Assembly (NCBI GenBank): GCA_964016885.1
Contig: OZ024744.1
Span: forward strand, 56,792,001-56,856,000
Source: Eledone cirrhosa
Lineage: Eukaryota
Reading direction: 5' to 3'
Length of the DNA stretch: 64,000 nucleotides
Each line of letters starts with the position of its first letter. Within the stretch, counting starts at the first letter, position 1. Below are positions 1 through 18,000 of the stretch, piece after piece. The notes below the pieces were generated by a model. The model had not been told where the DNA came from, ran no database searches, and worked only from the letters and a program-made list of their open reading frames with translations. The position numbers and the translations under genes were made by a program.

Positions 1-89
1 ACACTACCAACACTACCAACACTACCCACACTACCAACACTACCAACACTACCAACACTACCAACACTACCAACACTACCAACACTACC

Positions 90-3000
90 AACACTACCCC
101 CACACTACCCACACTACCAACACTACCAACACTACCAACACTACCAATACTACCCACACTACCAACACTACCCACACTACCCACACTACCAACACTACCA
201 ACACTACCAACACTACCAGCACTATCAACACTATCAACACTACCAACACTACCAACACTACCAACACTACCAACAGTACCAACAGTACCCACACTACCAA
301 CACTACCAACACTACCAACAGTACCCACACTACAAACACTACCAACACTACCCACACTACCCACACTACCAACACTACCAACACTATCAACACTACCAAC
401 ACTACGAACACTACCCACACTACCCACACTACCAACACTACCAACACTACCAACACTACCAACACTACACACACTACCAACACTACCAACACCACCAACA
501 CTACCAACACTACCAACACTACCAACACTGCCAACACTATCAACACTACCAACACTACCAACACTACCAACACTACCAACACTACCAACACTACCCACAC
601 TACCAACACTACCAACACTACCAACACTACCAACACTACCCACACTACCAACACTACCAACACTACCAACACTAACCACACTACCAACACTACCAACACT
701 ACCCACACTACCAACACTACCAACACTACCAACACTATCAACACTACCAACACTATCAACACTACCAACACTACCAACACTACCAACACTACCCACACTA
801 CCAACACTACCAACACTACCAACACTACCAACACTACTAACACTACCAACACTATCAACACTACCAACACAACCAACACTACCCACACTACCAACACTAC
901 CAACACTACCCACACTACCAACACTACCAACACTACCAACACTACCCACACTACCCACACTACCAACACTACCAACACTACCCACACTACCAACACTACC
1001 AACACTACCAACCCTACCCACACTACCAACACTACCAACACTACCAACACTATCAACACTACCAACACTATCAACACTAACAACACTACCCACACTACCA
1101 ACACTACCCACACTACCAACAGTACCCAAACTACCAACACTACCAACACTACCAACACTATCAACACTATCAACACTATCAACACTACCAACACTACTAA
1201 CACTATCAACACTATCAACACTATCAACACTACCAACACTACCAACACTACCAACACTACCAACACTACCAACACTAACAACACTACCAACACTACCAAC
1301 ACTACCAACAGTACCCACACTACAAACACTACCAACACTACCCACACTACCCACACTACCAACACTACCAACACTATCAACACTACGAACACTACGAACA
1401 CTCCCAACACTACCAACACTACCAACACTACCAACACTACCAACACTACCAACACTACCAACACTACCCACACTACCCACACTACCAACACTACCAACAC
1501 TACCAACACTACCCACACTACCCACACTACCCACACTACCAACACTACCAACACTACCAACACTACCCACACTACCAACACTACCAACACTACCAACACT
1601 ACCAACACTACCAACACTACCAACACTACCAACACTACCCACACTACCCACACTACCAACACTACCAATACTACCAACACTACCAACACTACCCACACTA
1701 CCAACACTACCAACACTACCAACACTACCAACACTACCAACACTACCAACACTACCAACACTACCAACACTACCCACACTACCCACACTACCAACACTAC
1801 CAACACTACCAACACTACCAACACTACCAACAATACCCACACTACCAACACTACCCACACTACCCACACTACCAACACTACCAACACTACCAACACTACC
1901 CACACTACCAACACTACCAACACTACCAACACTACCAACACTACCAACACTACCAACACTACCAACACTACCAACACTACCCACACTACCAACACTACCA
2001 ACACTACCAACACTACCAACACTACCCACATTACCAACACTACCCACACTACCCACACTACCAACACGACCAACACTACCAACACTACCAGCACTATCAA
2101 CACTACCAACACTACCAACACTACCAACACTACCAACACTACCAACAGTACCAACAGTACCCACACTACCAACACTACCAACACTACCAACACTACCAAT
2201 ACTACCAACACTAACAACACTACCAACACTACCAACACTACAAACACTACCAACACTACTAACACTATCAACACTACCAACACTACCAACACTACCAACA
2301 CTACCCACACTACCAACACTACCAACACTACCAACACTACCAACACTACCAACACTACTAACACTACCAACACTACCAACACTACCCACACTACCAACAC
2401 TACCAACACTACCAACACTACCAACACTACCCACACTACCCACACTACCCACACTACCAACACTACCAACACTACCAACACTACCCACACTACCAACACT
2501 ACCAACACTACCAACACTACCAACACTACCAACACTACCAACACTACCAACACTACCAACACTACCAACACTACCAACACTACCCACACTACCAACGCTG
2601 CCAACACTACCCACAATACCAACACTACCAACACTACCAACACTACCAACACTACCAACACTACCCACACTACCAACACTAACAACACTACCAACACTAC
2701 CCACACTACCAACACTACCAACACTACCAACACTACCCACACTACCAACACAACCAACACTACCAACACTACCAACACTACCAACACGACCAACACTACC
2801 AACACTACCAACACTACCAACACTGTCAACACTACCAACACTACCAACACTACCCACACTACCAACACTACCAACACTACCAACACGACCAACACTACCA
2901 ACACTACCAACATTATCAACACTACCAACACTACCAACACTGCCCACACTGCCAACACTACCAACACTAGCAACACTAACAACACTACCAACACTACCAA

Positions 3001-6000
3001 CACTACCAACACTACCCACACTAACAACACTACCCACACTACCAACACTACCCACACTACCAACAGTACTCACACTACAAACACTACCAACACTACCAAC
3101 ACTATCAATACTACCAACACTATCAACACTACCAACACTACTAACACTATCAACACTATCAACACTATCAACACTACCAACACTACCAACACTACCAACA
3201 CTACCCACACTACCAACACTACCAACACTACCAACACTACCCACACTACCCACACTACCAACACTACCAACACTACCAACACTACCCACACTACCGACAC
3301 TACCCACACTACCAACACTACCAACACTACCAACACTACCCACACTACCAACACTACCAACACTACCAACACTACCAACACTACCAACACTACCAACACT
3401 ACCAACACTACCCACACTACCAACACTACCAACACTACCAACACTACCAACACTACCCACACTACCAACACTACCAACACTACCAACACTACCAACACTA
3501 CCCACACTACCAACACTACCAACACTACCAACACTACCAACACTACCAACAATACCCACACTACCAACACTACCCACACTACCCACACTACCAACACTAC
3601 CAACACTACCAACACTACCAACACTACCCACACTACCAACACTACCAACACTACCAACACTACCAACACTACCAACACTACCAACACTACCAACACTACC
3701 CACACTACCCACACTACCAACACTACCAACACTACCAACACTACCCACACTACCCACACTACCTACACTACCCACACTACCAACACTACCAACACTACCA
3801 ACACTACCAGCACTATCAACACTACCAACACTACCAACACTACCAACACTACCAACACTACCAACACTACCAACAGTACCAACAGTACCCACACTACCAA
3901 CACTACCAACACTACCAACAGTACCCACACTACAAACACTACCAACACTACCCACACTACCCACACTACCAACACTACCAACACTATCAACACTACCAAC
4001 ACTACCCACACTATCAACACTACCAACACTACCAACACTACCAACACCACCAACACTACCAACACTACCAACACTACCAACACTGCCAACACTATCAACA
4101 CTACCAACACTACCAACACTACCAACACTACCAACACTTCCAACACTACCCACACTACCAACACTACCAACACTACCAACACTACCAACACTACCCACAC
4201 TACCAACACTACCAACACTACCAACACTAACCACACTACCAACACTAGCAACACTACCCACACTACCAATACTACCAACACTACCAACACTATCAACACT
4301 ACCAACACTATCAACACTACCAACACTACCAACACTACAAACACTACCTACACTACCAACACTACCAACACTACCCACACTACCAATACTACCAACACTA
4401 CCAACACTACCAACACTACCCACACTACCAACACTACCAACACTACCAACACTACCAACACTACCAACACTACCAACACTACCAACACTACCAACACTAC
4501 CCACACTACCAACACTACCCACACTACCCACACTACCAACACTACCAACACTACCAACACTACCAGCACTATCAACACTACCAACACTACCAACACTACC
4601 AACACTACCAACACTACCAACACTACCAACAGTACCAACAGTACCCACACTACCAACACTACCAACACTACCAACACTACAAACACTACCAACACTACAC
4701 ACACTACCCACACTACCAACACTACCAACACTATCAACACTACCAACACTACGAACACTACCCACACTACCCACACTACCAACACTACCAACACTACGAA
4801 CACTACCAACACTACACACACTACCAACACTACCAACACCACCAACACTACCAACACTACCAACACTACCAACACTGCCAACACTATCAACACTACCCAC
4901 ACTACCCACACTACCAACACTACCAACACTACCAACACTACCAACACTACCAACACTACACACACTACCAACACTACCAACACCACCAACACTACCAACA
5001 CTACCAACACTACCAACACTGCCAACACTATCAACACTACCAACACTACCAACACTACCAACACTACCAACACTACCAACACTACCCACACTACCAACAC
5101 TACCAACACTACCAACACTACCAACACTACCCACACTACCAACACTACCAACACTACCAACACTAACCACACTACCAACACTACCAACACTACCCACACT
5201 ACCAACACTACCAACACTACCAACACTATCAACACTACCAACACTATCAACACTACCAACACTACCAACACTACCAACACTACCCACACGACCAACACTA
5301 CCAACACTACCAACACTACCAACACTACTAACACTACCAACACTATCAACACTACCAACACAACCAACACTACCCACACTACCAACACTACCAACACTAC
5401 CCACACTACCAACACTACCAACACTACCAACACTACCAACACTACCAACAGTACCCACACTACCAACACTACCATCACTACCAACACTACCAACACTACC
5501 CACACTACCAACACTACCAACACTACCAACACTACCAACACTACCAACACTACTAACACTACCAACACTACCAACACTACCAACACTACCAACACTACCA
5601 ACACTACCAACACTACTAACACTACCAACACTACCAACACTAGCAACACTACCAACACTACCAATACTACCAACATTATCAACACTACCAACACTACCAA
5701 CACTGCCCACACTGCCAACACTACCAACACTACCAACACTACCAACACTACCAACACTACCAACACTACCAACACTACCAACACCATCAACACTACCAAC
5801 ACTACCAACACTACCAACACTACCAACACTACCAACACTACCAACACTACCAACACTACCAACACTACCAACACTACCCACACTATCAACACTACCAACA
5901 CTACCAACACTACCAACACTACTAACACTACCAACACTGCCAACACTACCAACACTGCCAACACTACCCACAATACCAACGCTACCAAAACTACCCACAC

Positions 6001-9000
6001 TACCAACACTAACAACACTACCAACACTACCAACACTACCAACACTACCAACACTACCAACACTGCCAACACTACCCACAATACCAACACTACCAACACT
6101 ACCCACACTACCAACACTAACAACACTACCAACACTACCCACACTACCAACACTACCAACACTACCAACACTACCCACACTACCAACACTACCAACACTA
6201 CCAACACTACCAACACGACCAACACTTCCAATACTACCAACACTACCAACACTACCAACACGACCAACACTACCAACACTACCAACACTGTCAACACTAC
6301 CAACACTACCAACACAACCAACACTACCCACACTACCAACACTACCAACACTACCCACACTACCAACACTACCAACACTACCAACACTACCAACACTACC
6401 AACAGTACCCACACTACCAACACTACCATCACTACCAACACTACCAACACTACCCACACTACCAACACTACCAACACTACCAACGCTACCAACACTACCA
6501 ACACTACCAACACTACTAACACTACCAACACTACCAACACTACCAACACTACCAACACTACCAACACTACCAACACTACTAACACTACCAACACTACCAA
6601 CACTACCAACACTACCAACACTACCAACACTACCAACATTATCAACACTACCAACACTACCAACACTGCCCACACTGCCAACACTACCAACACTACCAAC
6701 ACTACCAACACTACCAAAACTACCAACACTACCAACACTACCAACACCATCAACACTACCAACACTACCAACACTACCAACACTACCAACACTACCAACA
6801 CTACCAACACTACCAACACTACCAACACTACCAACACTACCCACACTATCAACACTACCAACACTACCAACACTACCAACACTACTAACACTACCAACAC
6901 TGCCTACACTACCAACACTGCCAACACTACCCACAATACCAACACTACCAAAACTACCCACACTACCAACACTAACAACACTACCAACACTACCAACACT
7001 ACCAACACTACCAACACTACCAACACTGCCAACACTACACACAATACCAACACTACCAACACTACCCACACTACCAACACTAACAACACTACCAACACTA
7101 CCCACACTACCAACACTACCAACACTACCAACACTACCCACACTACCAACACTACCAACACTACCAACACTACCAACACGACCAACACTTCCAATACTAC
7201 CAACACTACCAACACTACCAACACGACCAACACTACCAACACTACCAACACTGTCAACACTACCAACACTACCAACACTACCCACACTACCAACACTACC
7301 AACACTACCAACACGACCAACACTTCCAACACTACCAACACTACCAACACTACCAACACGACCAACACTACCAACACTACCAACACTACCAACACTGTCA
7401 ACACTACCAACACTACCAACACTACCCACACTACCAACACTACCAACACTACCAACACTACCAGCACTACCAACACTACTAACACTACCAACACTACCAA
7501 CACTACCAACACTACTAACACTACCAACACTACCAACACTACCCACACTACCAACACTACCAACACTACCAATGCTACGAACACTACCAACACTACCAAC
7601 ACTACCAACACTACCAACACTACCAACACTACCAACACTACAAACACTACCAACAGTACCAACAGTACCCACACTACCAACACTACCCACACTACCAACA
7701 CTACCAACACTATAAACACTACCAACACTACCAACACTACCCACACTACCAACACTGCCAACACTACCCACAATACCAACACTACCAACACTACCAACAC
7801 TATCAACACTATCAACACTATCAACACTACCAACACTACCAACACTACCAACACTACCCACACTACCAACACTACCAACACTACCAACACTACCAACACT
7901 AACAACACTACCAACACTACCAACACTACCAACACTACCAACACTACCAACACTAACAACACTACCCACACTACCAACACTACCAACACTACCAACACTA
8001 CCCACACTACCAACACTACCAACACTACCCACACTACCCACACTACCAACACTACCAACACTACCAACGCTACCAACACTACCAACACTACCAACACTAC
8101 CAACACTACCCACACTACCAACACTACCAACACTACCAACACTATCAACACTACCAACACTATCAACACTAACAACACTACCCACACTACCAACACTACC
8201 CACACTACCAACAGTACCCACACTACAAACACTACCAACACTACCAACACTATCAACACTACCAACACTATCAACACTACCAACACTACTAACACTATCA
8301 ACACTATCAACACTATTAACACTACCAACACTACCAACACTACCAACACTACCCACACTACCAACTCTACCAACACTACCAACACTACCCACACTACCCA
8401 CACTACCAACACTACCAACACTACCAACACTACCCACACTACCCACACTACCAACACTACCAACACTACCCACACTACCAACACTACCAACACTACCCAC
8501 ACTACCCACACTACCAACACTACCAACCCTACCAACACTACCAACACTACCAACACTACCAACACTACCAACACTACCCACACTACCAACACTACCAACA
8601 CTACCAACACTATCAACACTACCAACACTATCAACACTAACAACACTACCCACACTACCAACACTACCCACACTACCAACAGTACCCACACTACAAACAC
8701 TACCAACACTACCAACACTATCAACACTACCAACACTATCAACACTACCAACACTACTAACACTATCAACACTATCAACACTATCAACACTACCAACACT
8801 ACCAACACTACCAACACTACCCACACTACCAACTCTACCAACACTACCAACACTACCCACACTACCCACACTACCAACACTACCAACACTACCAACACTA
8901 CCCACACTACCCACACTACCCACACTACCAACACTACCAACACTACCAACACTACCACACTACCAACACTACCAACACTACCAACACTACCAACACTACC

Positions 9001-9130
9001 AACACTACCAACACTACCAACACTACCCACACTACCCACACTACCAACACTACCAACACAACCAACACTACCAACATTACCCACACTACCAACACTACCA
9101 ACACTACCAACACTACCAACACTACCAACA
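90..9130. repeat. Higher-order duplication, copy 1 of a block repeated at ~12.0-12.3 kb offset
   Basis: Rare variants recur in the same order downstream: AATAC 146/12142, CTCCC 1401/13496, ACCATC 5471/17755 and 6425/18709, AATGCTACGA 7571/19774, 8-bp unit at ~8957/~21277. ORFs 3763..4344 and 4348..6900 mirror 15966..16574 and 16578..19184. Confidence 0.9.
5400..7280. repeat. Direct tandem duplication, period 954 bp (106 monomers)
   Basis: ACCATC at 5471 and 6425. The ACATTATCA, GCCCACACTGCC, ACACCATCA, ACTTCCAATAC and ACTGTCA markers repeat in order. Confidence 0.85.
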
Positions 9131-12084
9131 CTACCAACACTACCAACACTGCCAACACTATCAACACTACCAACACTACCAACACTACCAACACTACCAA
9201 CACTACCAACACTACCCACACTACCAACACTACCAACACTACCAACACTACCAACACTACCCACACTACCAACACTACCAACACTACCAACACTAACCAC
9301 ACTACCAACACTACCAACACTACCAACACTAACCACACTACCAACACTACCAACACTACCAACACTACCAACACTACCCACACTACCAACACTACCAACA
9401 CTACCAACACTACCAACACTACCCACACTACCAACACTACCAACACTACCAACACTAACCACACTACCAACACTACCAACACTACCCACACTACCAACAC
9501 TACCAACACTACCAACACTATCAACATTACCAACACTATCAACACTACCAACACTACCAACACTACCAACACTACCCACACTACCAACACTACCAATACT
9601 ACCAACACTACCAACACTACTAACACTACCAACACTATCAACACTACCAACACAACCAACACTACCCACACTACCAACACTACCAACACTACCCACACTA
9701 CCAACACTACCAACACTACCAACACTACCAACACTACCAACAGTACCCACACTACCAACACTACCATCACTACCAACACTACCAACACTACCCACACTAC
9801 CAACACTACCAACACTACCAACACTACCAACACTACCAACACTACTAACACTACCAACACTACCAACACTTCCAACACTACCAACACTACCAACACTACC
9901 AACACTACTAACACTACCAACACTACCAACACTACCAACACTACCAACACTACCAACACTACCAACATTATCAACACTATCAACACTACCAACACTGCCC
10001 ACACTGCCAACACTACCTACACTACCAACACTACCAACACTACCAACACTACCAACACTACCAACACTACCAACACCATCAACACTACCAACACTACCAA
10101 CACTACCAACACTACCAACACTACCAACACTACCAACACTACCAACACTACCAACACTACCAACACTACCCACACTATCAACACTACCAACACTACCAAC
10201 ACTACCAACACTACCAACACTACCAACACTACCAACACTACAAACACTACCAACAGTACCAACAGTACCCACACTACCAACACTACCAACACTATAAACA
10301 CTACCAACACTACCAACACTACCCACACTACCAACACTGCCAACACTACCCACAATACCAACACTACCAACACTACCAACACTATCAACACTATCAACAC
10401 TATCAACACTACCAACACTACCAACACTACCAACACTACCCACACTACCAACACTACCAACACTACCAACACTACCAACACTAACAACACTACCAACACT
10501 ACCAACACTACCAACACTACCAACACTACCAACACTACCAACACTACCAACACTAACAACACTACCCACACTACCAACACTACCAACACTACCAACACTA
10601 CCCACACTACCAACACTACCAACACTACCCACACTACCCACACTACCAACACTACCAACACTACCAACACTACCAACACTACCAACACTACCAACACTAC
10701 CAACACTACCCACACTACCAACACTACCAACACTACCAACACTATCAACACTACCAACACTATCAACACTAACAACACTACCCACACTACCAACACTACC
10801 CACACTACCAACAGTACCCACACTACAAACACTACCAACACTACCAACACTATCAACACTACCAACACTATCAACACTACCAACACTACTAACACTATCA
10901 ACACTATCAACACTACCAACACTACCAACACTATCAACACTACCCACCCTACCAATACTACCAACACTACCAACACTACCAACACTAACAACACTACCAA
11001 CACTACCAACACTACCAACACTACCAACAGTACCCACACTACAAACACTACCAACACTACCCACACTACCCACACTACCAACACTACCAACACTACCAAC
11101 ACTACCCACACTACCAACACTACCAACACTATCAACACTACCCACACTACCAACACTACCAACACTACCAACACTACCAACACTAACAACACTACCAACA
11201 CTACCAACACTACCAACACTACCAACAGTACCCACACTACAAACACTACCAACACTACCCACACTACCCACACTACCAACACTACCAACACTACCAACAC
11301 TACCAACACTACCCACACTACCCACACTACCAACACTACCAACACTACCAACACTACCAACACTACCAACACTACCCACACTACCCACACTACCAACACT
11401 ACCAACACTACCAACACTACCAACACTACCCACACTACCAACACTACCAACACTACCAACACTACCCACACTACCCACACTACCAACACTACCAACACTA
11501 CCAACACTACCCACACTACCCACACTACCAACACTACCAACACTACCAACACTACCAACACTACCCACACTATCAACATTACCAACACTACGAACACTAC
11601 GAACACTACCAACACTACCAACACTACCAACACTACCAACACTACCAACACTACCAACACTACCCACACTACCCACACTACCAACACTACCAACACTACC
11701 AACACTACCCACACTACCAACACTACCAACACTACCAACACTACCAACACTACCAACACTACCCACACTACCCACACTACCAACACTACCAACACTACCA
11801 ACACTACCAACACTACCCACACTACCAACACTACCAACACTACCAACACTACCAACACTACCAACACTACCAACACTACCAACACTACCAACACTACCCA
11901 CACTACCCACACTACCAACACTACCAACACTACCAACACTACCAACACTACCAACACTACCAACACTACCCACACTACCCACACTACCAACACTACCAAC
12001 ACTACCAACACTACCAACAATACCCACACTACCAACACTACCCACACTACCCACACTACCAACACTACCAACACTACCAACACT

Positions 12085-15000
12085 ACCAACACTACCCACA
12101 CTACCCACACTACCAACACTACCAACACTACCAACACTACCAATACTACCCACACTACCAACACTACCCACACTACCCACACTACCAACACTACCAACAC
12201 TACCAACACTACCAGCACTATCAACACTACCAACACTACCAACACTACCAACACTACCAACACTACCAACAGTACCAACAGTACCCACACTACCAACACT
12301 ACCAACACTACCAACAGTTCCCACACTACAAACACTACCAACACTACCCACACTACCCACACTACCAACACTACCAACAATACCAACACTACCAACACTA
12401 CGAACACTACCAACACTACCAACACTACCAACACTACCAACACTACCAACACTACCAACACTACCAACACTACGAACACTACCCACACTACCCACACTAC
12501 ACACACTACCAACACTACCAACACCACCAACACTACCAACACTACCAACACTACACACACTACCAACACTACCAACACCACCAACACTACCAACACTACC
12601 AACACTACCAACACTGCCAACACTATCAACACTACCAACACTACCAACACTACCAACACTACCAACACTACCAACACTACCCACACTACCAACACTACCA
12701 ACACTACCAACACTACCAACACTACCCACACTACCAACACTACCAACACTACCAACACTAACCACACTACCAACACTACCAACACTACCCACACTACCAA
12801 CACTACCAACACTACCAACACTATCAACACTACCAACACTATCAACACTACCAACACTACCAACACTACCAACACTACCCACACTACCAACACTACCAAC
12901 ACTACCAACACTACCAACACTACTAACACTACCAACACTATCAACACTACCAACACAACCAACACTACCCAAACTACCAACACTACCAACACTACCCACA
13001 CTACCAACACTACCAACACTACCAACACTACCCACACTACCCACACTACCAACACTACCAACACTACCCACACTACCAACACTACCAACACTACCAACAC
13101 TACCCACACTACCAACACTACCAACACTACCAACACTATCAACACTACCAACACTATCAACACTAACAACACTACCCACACTACCAACACTACCCACACT
13201 ACCAACAGTACCCACACTACAAACACTACCAACACTACCAACACTATCAACACTATCAACACTATCAACACTACCAACACTACTAACACTATCAACACTA
13301 TCAACACTATCAACACTACCAACACTACCAACACTACCAACACTACCAACACTACCAACACTAACAACACTACCAACACTACCAACACTACCAACACTAC
13401 CAACAGTACCCACACTACAAACACTACCAACACTACCCACACTACCCACACTACCAACACTACCAACACTATCAACACTACCAACACTACGAACACTCCC
13501 AACACTACCAACACTACCAACACTACCAACACTACCAACACTACCAACACTACCAACACTACCCACACTACCCACACTACCAACACTACCAACACTACCA
13601 ACACTACCCACACTACCCACACTACCCACACTACCAACACTACCAACACTACCAACACTACCCACACTACCAACACTACCAACACTACCAACACTACCAA
13701 CACTACCAACACTACCAACACTACCAACACTACCCACACTACCCACACTACCAACACTACCAATACTACCAACACTACCAACACTACCCACACTACCAAC
13801 ACTACCAACACTACCAACACTACCAACACTACCAACACTACCAACACTACCAACACTACCAACACTACCCACACTACCCGCACTACCAACACTACCAACA
13901 CTACCAACACTACCAACACTACCAACAATACCCACACTACCAACACTACCCACACTACCCACACTACCAACACTACCAACACTACCAACACTACCCACAC
14001 TACCAACACTACCAACACTACCAACACTACCAACACTACCAACACTACCAACACTACCAACACTACCAACACTACCCACACTACCAACACTACCAACACT
14101 ACCAACACTACCAACACTACCCACATTACCAACACTACCCACACTACCCACACTACCAACACGACCAACACTACCAACACTACCAGCACTATCAACACTA
14201 CCAACACTACCAACACTACCAACACTACCAACACTACCAACAGTACCAACAGTACCCACACTACCAACACTACCAACACTACCAACACTACCAATACTAC
14301 CAACACTAACAACACTACCAACACTACCAACACTACAAACACTACCAACACTACTAACACTATCAACACTAACAACACTACCAACACTACCAACACTACC
14401 CACACTACCAACACTACCAACACTACCAACACTACCAACACTACCAACACTACCAACACTACCAACACTACCAACACTACCCACACTACCAACACTACCA
14501 ACACTACCAACACTACCAACACTACCCACACTACCCACACTACCCACACTACCAACACTACCAACACTACCAACACTACCCACACTACCAACACTACCAA
14601 CACTACCAACACTACCAACACTACCAACACTACCAACACTACCAACACTACCAACACTACCAACACTACCAACACTACCCACACTACCAACGCTGCCAAC
14701 ACTACCCACAATACCAACACTACCAACACTACCAACACTACCAACACTACCAACACTACCCACACTACCAACACTAACAACACTACCAACACTACCCACA
14801 CTACCAACACTACCAACACTACCAACACTACCCACACTACCAACACTACCAACACTACCAACACTACCAACACTACCAACACGACCAACACTACCAACAC
14901 TACCAACACTACCAACACTGTCAACACTACCAACACTACCAACACTACCCACACTACCAACACTACCAACACTACCAACACGACCAACACTACCAACACT

Positions 15001-18000
15001 ACCAACATTATCAACACTACCAACACTGCCCACACTGCCAACACTACCAACACTAGCAACACTACCAACACTACCAACACTACCAACACTACCAACACTA
15101 CCAACACTACCCACACTAACAACACTACCCACACTACCAACACTACCCACACTACCAACAGTACCCACACTACAAACACTACCAACACTACCAACACTAC
15201 CAACACTATTAACACTACCAACACTACCAACACTACCAACACTACCAATACTACCAACACTATCAACACTACCCACACTACCAACACTACCAACACTATC
15301 AATACTACCAACACTATCAACACTACCAACACTACTAACACTATCAACACTATCAACACTATCAACACTACCAACACTACCAACACTACCAACACTACCC
15401 ACACTACCAACACTACCAACACTACCAACACTACCCACACTACCCACACTACCAACACTACCAACACTACCAACACTACCCACACTACCGACACTACCCA
15501 CACTACCAACACTACCAACACTACCAACACTACCCACACTACCAACACTACTAACACTACCAACACTACCAACACTACCAACACTACCAACACTACCAAC
15601 ACTACCCACACTACCAACACTACCAACACTACCAACACTACCAACACTACCCACACTACCAACACTACCAACACTACCAACACTACCAACACTACCCACA
15701 CTACCCACACTACCAACACTACCAACACTACCAACACTACCAACACTACCAACAATACCCACACTACCAACACTACCCACACTACCCACACTACCAACAC
15801 TACCAACACTACCAACACTACCAACACTACCCACACTACCAACACTACCAACACTACCAACACTACCAACACTACCAACACTACCAACACTACCAACACT
15901 ACCCACACTACCCACACTACCAACACTACCAACACTACCAACACTACCCACACTACCCACACTACCTACACTACCCACACTACCAACACTACCAACACTA
16001 CCAACACTACCAACACTACCAACACTACCAACACTACCAGCACTATCAACACTACCAACACTACCAACACTACCAACACTACCAACACTACCAACACTAC
16101 CAACAGTACCAACAGTACCCACACTACCAACACTACCAACACTACCAACAGTACCCACACTACAAACACTACCAACACTACCCACACTACCCACACTACC
16201 AACACTACCAACACTATCAACACTACCAACACTACCCACACTATCAACACTACCAACACTACCAACACTACCAACACCACCAACACTACCAACACTACCA
16301 ACACTACCAACACTGCCAACACTATCAACACTACCAACACTACCAACACTACCAACACTACCAACACTTCCAACACTACCCACACTACCAACACTACCAA
16401 CACTACCAACACTACCAACACTACCCACACTACCAACACTACCAACACTACCAACACTAACCACACTACCAACACTAGCAACACTACCCACACTACCAAT
16501 ACTACCAACACTACCAACACTATCAACACTACCAACACTATCAACACTACCAACACTACCAACACTACAAACACTACCTACACTACCAACACTACCAACA
16601 CTACCCACACTACCAATACTACCAACACTACCAACACTACCAACACTACCCACACTACCAACACTACCAACACTACCAACACTACCAACACTACCAACAC
16701 TACCAACACTACCAACACTACCCACACTACCCACACTACCAACACTACCAACACTACCAACACTACCAACACTACCCACACTACCAACACTACCCACACT
16801 ACCCACACTACCAACACTACCAACACTACCAACACTACCAGCACTATCAACACTACCAACACTACCAACACTACCAACACTACCAACACTACCAACACTA
16901 CCAACAGTACCAACAGTACCCACACTACCAACACTACCAACACTACCAACACTACCAACACTACAAACACTACCAACACTACCCACACTACCCACACTAC
17001 CAACACTACCAACACTATCAACACTACCAACACTACGAACACTACCCACACTACCCACACTACCAACACTACCAACACTACGAACACTACCAACACTACA
17101 CACACTACCAACACTAGCAACACCACCAACACTACCAACACTACCAACACTACCAACACTGCCAACACTATCAACACTACCCACACTACCCACACTACCA
17201 ACACTACCAACACTACCAACACTACCAACACTACCAACACTACACACACTACCAACACTACCAACACCACCAACACTACCAACACTACCAACACTACCAA
17301 CACTGCCAACACTATCAACACTACCAACACTACCAACACTACCAACACTACCAACACTACCAACACTACCCACACTACCAACACTACCAACACTACCAAC
17401 ACTACCAACACTACCCACACTACCAACACTACCAACACTACCAACACTAACCACACTACCAACACTACCAACACTACCCACACTACCAACACTACCAACA
17501 CTACCAACACTATCAACACTACCAACACTATCAACACTACCAACACTACCAACACTACCAACACTACCCACACGACCAACACTACCAACACTACCAACAC
17601 TACCAACACTACTAACACTACCAACACTATCAACACTACCAACACAACCAACACTACCCACACTACCAACACTACCAACACTACCCACACTACCAACACT
17701 ACCAACACTACCAACACTACCAACACTACCAACAGTACCCACACTACCAACACTACCATCACTACCAACACTACCAACACTACCCACACTACCAACACTA
17801 CCAACACTACCAACACTACCAACACTACCAACACTACTAACACTACCAACACTACCAACACTACCAACACTACCAACACTACCAACACTACCAACACTAC
17901 TAACACTACCAACACTACCAACACTACCAACACTACCAACACTACCAACACTACCAACATTATCAACACTACCAACACTACCAACACTGCCCACACTGCC

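Noticed and set aside
97-101. CCCCC 2-bp insertion as a meaningful feature
   Set aside because: Single homopolymer extension absent from the paralogue at ~12095. It may be a sequencing error.
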